NCBI GenBank assembly: GCA_031835245.2
Contig: JAVKOQ020000112.1
Location: 1-64,000 of the forward strand
DNA length: 64,000 bases
Direction: 5' to 3'
From: Balamuthia mandrillaris
Taxonomy: Eukaryota
Both the position numbers and the translations under genes were made by a program. A model generated the notes under the pieces. It did not search any database. It was not told the origin of the DNA and saw only the letters and a list, made by a program, of their open reading frames with translations. Positions 59,554 through 64,000 of this stretch are shown in pieces (the first letter of the stretch is position 1; each line of letters opens with the position of its first letter).

Positions 59554-62247
59554 TTACTGCTCTGCCGCTTCAAAGCGCTCGCCAGCATGAGCAGTATCGG
59601 CGGAGGTATCAACAGAAGATGGAGAAGAGAAAGAGAAGGAGGAGAAGGAGGCTAGCGCCGTAGCAGCTGCCGCTGTGGTAGCCGCAAAGAAGGAGGTGCG
59701 TGATGCTGACGATTGTGTGATTTGGGAGGGTGAAGACGAAGAGGATGTTGAGGTTTGTGCAGATGACGACAAAGAGAGTGCTGTGGTGTCCGTGTTCGTG
59801 TCAACAGTGCCGGCACTTGTCATGTGGGTGGCTACAGGGGCACCAGCAACAGCAGACGTTGATGGAGCAATGATATTGGTAGTGGTGGTAGTGGCGTTGC
59901 ATTGTTGCTCCTCTGCACCAGCGGTGGCAGCGGCAGTTGGCGAGGAGGGTATTACGGCAGTGTCGACGATAGAGGTGACTTTCCCCTCATGAGGAAGCAG
60001 CGGTTGCTGATTTTGGGGGGTGGAGGAGATAGTTTCGGTGGTGTTGGTAGGTGGTTCTGTTTCAGTAGTTTGGTCAGTTGTTAGGGTGGATGGAGAAGAA
60101 GGGGCAAGGGGAGAAGAAGAAGCAGAAGCAACTTTTCGCTTTCGTTTAGGGCGCCAGCGATTGCCTCCCTTTCGTTTGATTTTCCGTTTTACGGTCTGGG
60201 GAGTTGGTTCCTCTGGGGTGACATTCGCGTTGTTATTGTTTTCGGTGGGCGTGTTGTCAGTGTGACACTTGTGGCAGAACCAGTCTCCCTCTGGAATGAC
60301 AGTGAGCGGGATGGACATGCACCATAGGTGCCACCCTCCATTACATTTGTCGCACAACACGAGTTCTTCGTCATGCTCCCCAGATCCGCAGCCTTCGCAC
60401 ACAATCTCTTCTACTGGTAGCATAGAAGGAGTCTCTTCCTCTTCTTCTTGCTCTTTTCCTTCTTCGGCCTCCTCTTCCATTTCCTTCTTTCGCTTCGCCT
60501 TGTACTTGCTCTTGGGAGTTTTAGGGATGACTCGTTTCTTGATTGGTAGCTGTATTTTTCTCTTGTTTTTGAGTTTGGTATTGGCAGGACCAGTCTTCCC
60601 CTTGGATTTAGTCTTGTCCTTGGCCTTCGCCTTGTCTTTGTCTTTGGACTTGACAGTGAGTTTGGTTTTAGCTTTGGTTTTGGTTATAGCATTGCCCTTG
60701 ACTTTCGTGTCCATGTTGTTGGCGCTGTGTATTTTTACCGAATTCTTCGATGCACTGCTTGTTCGGCTTTTTGGTACGTTCTTCTCGTCTTTCTGTTTTT
60801 TGTTGTTAACGGCTTTTTCTTTCTTTTCCTCTCTCGCAGAAGGCCTGGAAAAGTCCGTTTGCATCTCAGGTGTCGCTAGGATTGCACTGACCCGCCTCAC
60901 TCTGCCACTTCTTCTACTGGGAATGGGAGTTTCGCTGGGTATAGGAACAGTTTTCTGTTTCTTGGTTGGATGTGGTTGCTTTTGTGGGTCAGAGGAGCTG
61001 ATATCTTTGGATGTTGTTGTGGACGTTAGAACGGGCGATTTCCTCTTCGAACCACTGCGATCAGTTGCTCCTAAGTGAGGTGAAGGCGGTGCGTTCGGTC
61101 GCAGAAGAATGTCGTCCTCTTCCTCCATGTTGTTTTCCTTTTCGTCTACTTTGGCACATTTGGGGTTTCTACGTTTTGCTTTTCTCTCTTTGCCGCCATT
61201 GCTCTTTGGAGTCGCTTCAGTAGCGGCAGTAGAGATTGATTCCTGAGCCTTGTTGCGAGAAGAGGAGAGGCCATTGCGCATTTCTCTATCTGCCACTTTC
61301 AAGCTGCGAAGCCGAGAGGATAGCTTCGCCTTGCCGCCACTTTTGCCTCCTCCTGCGCGTCTTAGCAGAGCCTTCTTTCTCTTGACACCAAATTCTAGTA
61401 CCGCAACATGATTACTGCCATAAGGAAGCACGTTCAAGCAATTGCCAAGCTTAGTGGGATCTTCCTGGTGTGACACGATGTTATACTGCATCTTAGGTTG
61501 CAGTGACAGAAATCGGTGCTGTGTTTTGTCTTCCACATCCTTGCTTTCTTCCGCAGAGCCACTTCCCCCTGCACTGCCACCACCAAACAGCTTCATCCGA
61601 ATAGCCATAGCTGCGTTGAGGTAAGGATCTGACTCGTCGTTATTCTCCTCAACCTCGTCTCTTGCTTCTTTTGCTTTCGCATGTTCTTCTGCTTTTTCTT
61701 CCTTGTCATTTTCCTTCCTATTTGTGTTTTCGTGAGTCCCATTAGCCTCAGCACCAGCACCACAGGCTAACGTCTGCCTCAGGCGACTGATTCGTTCCAT
61801 GCTCTTGGCAACTTGGAGGTGGTGCTTCCCGTACACCTCCTTCCGCAGAGCCAAAACGAGCTGACAGAGGTCAAGGGCATCTGCCCCTTCTCCCAAATCC
61901 TCGTAGCGCAGGCTCAGAAGGTCCAGCTGGAAGCTGAGGTCCGCCAGCCAGCCCCCGTGCTGCGTTCGTTTGGCCTCGTCGCAGCACTGCAACAGCTCTG
62001 CTTTCCGCTTATGGCACCACTGCAACAGATTTGCTTTCGGTGCTTTGGGAAGAAAAGTAGAGGAGGCTGAGGCAAGAGAGGGAGTGGAGGCTGACGACGT
62101 AGCAGAAGCGGCACCCAGGAGAGAGGCTGTCGGTTGTTCTCCCTGCATTGCGTTCGGTGTGGTTGACTGGGTGGAAGAGGAAGACGGTGACAGCTCTTGA
62201 GGCAGAGAGGGGGAAGTAGCGTCGCACGGCCGCCGATCCGTTTCCAT
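59554..62247 (-). CDS. PHD finger protein with N-terminal TPR-like helix and low-complexity regions, apparently intronless
   Basis: CEGCGSGEHDEELVLCDKCNGGWHLWCMSIPLTVIPEGDWFCHKC. LRKEVYGKHHLQVAKSM is TPR-like. Confidence 0.8.
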   Translation of the reverse strand: METDRRPCDATSPSLPQELSPSSSSTQSTTPNAMQGEQPTASLLGAASATSSASTPSLASASSTFLPKAPKANLLQWCHKRKAELLQCCDEAKRTQHGGWLADLSFQLDLLSLRYEDLGEGADALDLCQLVLALRKEVYGKHHLQVAKSMERISRLRQTLACGAGAEANGTHENTNRKENDKEEKAEEHAKAKEARDEVEENNDESDPYLNAAMAIRMKLFGGGSAGGSGSAEESKDVEDKTQHRFLSLQPKMQYNIVSHQEDPTKLGNCLNVLPYGSNHVAVLEFGVKRKKALLRRAGGGKSGGKAKLSSRLRSLKVADREMRNGLSSSRNKAQESISTAATEATPKSNGGKERKAKRRNPKCAKVDEKENNMEEEDDILLRPNAPPSPHLGATDRSGSKRKSPVLTSTTTSKDISSSDPQKQPHPTKKQKTVPIPSETPIPSRRSGRVRRVSAILATPEMQTDFSRPSAREEKKEKAVNNKKQKDEKNVPKSRTSSASKNSVKIHSANNMDTKVKGNAITKTKAKTKLTVKSKDKDKAKAKDKTKSKGKTGPANTKLKNKRKIQLPIKKRVIPKTPKSKYKAKRKKEMEEEAEEGKEQEEEEETPSMLPVEEIVCEGCGSGEHDEELVLCDKCNGGWHLWCMSIPLTVIPEGDWFCHKCHTDNTPTENNNNANVTPEEPTPQTVKRKIKRKGGNRWRPKRKRKVASASSSPLAPSSPSTLTTDQTTETEPPTNTTETISSTPQNQQPLLPHEGKVTSIVDTAVIPSSPTAAATAGAEEQQCNATTTTTNIIAPSTSAVAGAPVATHMTSAGTVDTNTDTTALSLSSSAQTSTSSSSSPSQITQSSASRTSFFAATTAAAATALASFSSFSFSSPSSVDTSADTAHAGERFEAAEQ

Positions 62248-62562
62248 TATTACTGTTGCTGCCAAAACGAAAATTCAAGTAAAAGCGGGTCTGATGTCCC
62301 AGCCAGTGGCACGAAAACCGAGGCAAATGTCTGTATGCAAGCTTCACAACGAGCGGGCACGCCTTCGTGTGGTTTCCTCTCTGAAGTGGTATACACTACG
62401 CTCCAAAGTGATGGAAGAGATTTTGGTCTTGGTGTGTTTTCCTTTGCTTGGGTGGGTTTGTGTGCGCGCGTTGCTGCACATGCATACAGACGCACCACCA
62501 GATTAACCAACCAAATGAGGTGGTGAAAAGGCTCGCCCACCCACCCCTTCCACAATACAAGC

Positions 62563-62597
<35 letters not shown>

Positions 62598-63021
62598 ATC
62601 GGTTCCTCCTTGCCGCACTGAGATCCGCCTCACACAAACAACAACACAAATAACTGTCGACAATAGAGGTGACATGTGTAATTGATCGTGTCGTCATGAA
62701 ATACGCGTATTAAAAAAATACTGTAGGGAAAGCAAAAAATAAGAGAAGTTGGAAAAAAAAAAGTGTAGTGGTGGTGGGGGTGCTGCAGCAGAAAAGTTGG
62801 GCCGACTTCCCTTTTTTTCCCTTTTGATTGTTGCCCTGCCCCCTCTTTCTCTCTGTCTGTCTTTCTTGTAGTAATTTTTGTGTGCAACAACAAGCTCCAG
62901 TCACTACACTAAGTATTGACCTTGGTGGTTCACACCTGCACACTCCCCAAAAAACCCTCCACCAGGAGAAATTATTCGACAGAAGCATTCCACAAACTCC
63001 AAAAAAAAAAACAAAAGAAAT

Positions 63022-64000
63022 ATGGAACAACTCATCCCAATCATCAACAAGCTTCAAGATGTCTTCAACGCCATTGGCATGGAGTCTTTTGATCTCCCTC
63101 AAATCGTGGTGGTTGGCAGTCAATCCAGCGGCAAAAGCTCCGTCTTGGAAAATGTGGTGGGCAGGGACTTTTTGCCGCGAGGCATGGGCATCGTGACTCG
63201 GCGTCCCTTGGTCCTCCAACTCATCAATCTTCCCTCCAACTCGAGCGCTGGCAGCAGCAACGGCAAAGAAGGCGATGACGAAGGTACAGCACTTTTTTCC
63301 CCCTTTCTATGCTGCACTGCAAGAAGAAAGCAAACAGCTTGCTGATGGTTAAATCAACACAACCAAAGATCGTTTCAAAGAGTGGGGAGAGTTCTTGCAC
63401 AAACCAAACGAGCTCTTTTATGACTTTGATGCCATAAGGGAGGAGATTCAGAAAGAAACGGACCGTCTTTCCGGCAAAAACAAGGGCATATCGCATAACC
63501 CAATCAACCTCAAGATCTACTCGCCACATGTCTTGAATCTTACTCTTGTCGACTTGCCGGGTATCACAAGGGTTTGTACTTTTTGTTAAAAAATGTTTTT
63601 AACTTGCTTGAGTGACATTATTTACACCCGTTCCCAACCAGGTCCCTGTAGGAGATCAACCAACCGACATTGAAGCACAGATTAGGGAAATGGTGTTGAA
63701 ATATATTACCAAGCCGAACGCTATCATTTTGGCTGTTACGGCTGCCAATACTGATCTTTCGAATTCCGATGCCTTGAAGCTTGCTCGGGATGTTGACCCT
63801 GAGGGTGAGTTCTACCAATTCATTTCTTGAAGTTGGCCAACTTTTGTGACACCTTCTCTCTCTCTCTCTCTCTCTTTCACCAACAGGCAACCGCACAATC
63901 GGAGTCATCACAAAGATTGATTTGATGGACAAGGGAACTGATGCTGCGGACGTGCTGCAAGGCCAAGTCATTCCATTGCGTTTGGGCTACATCGGAGTGA
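63022..64000 (+). CDS. Dynamin-related GTPase (Drp1/Vps1/DymA-like), 5' part only
   Basis: [63 protein letters not shown]. Confidence 0.95.

Overview
Gene-dense eukaryotic genomic DNA with many short GT-AG introns filled with CT/AG microsatellites. The gene set and intron style suggest a free-living amoebozoan (Acanthamoeba/Balamuthia-like; inference only). About 25 protein-coding genes are supported. Recognisable ones include dyskerin/Cbf5, TFIIH p52, Nab2/ZC3H14, transketolase, CDK8, NAC-beta, MPP-beta, CAP, HPS5, Hsp20, a dynamin-related GTPase, a CLU-TPR protein, a TPR-SET protein and a receptor kinase. Highlights: (1) two box C/D snoRNAs in dyskerin introns 1 and 2, each with two guides complementary to conserved 18S rRNA; (2) two nearby T4-Rnl1-type RNA ligase fusion genes, one ligase-kinase with intact motifs and one nucleotidyltransferase-ligase with degenerate ligase motifs; (3) a Rab2-like GTPase with no C-terminal prenylation cysteines but an N-terminal MACCGG; (4) unusual fusions (BTB-YbaK, ankyrin-BTB-pseudopatatin); (5) cis-elements: a recurring promoter palindrome TGTCGACA, a ~41-bp periodic TGACGTCA/GAGGGGT array, a heat-shock element, and a candidate U12-type intron. 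Exon boundaries were read by eye and spans are approximate where stated.
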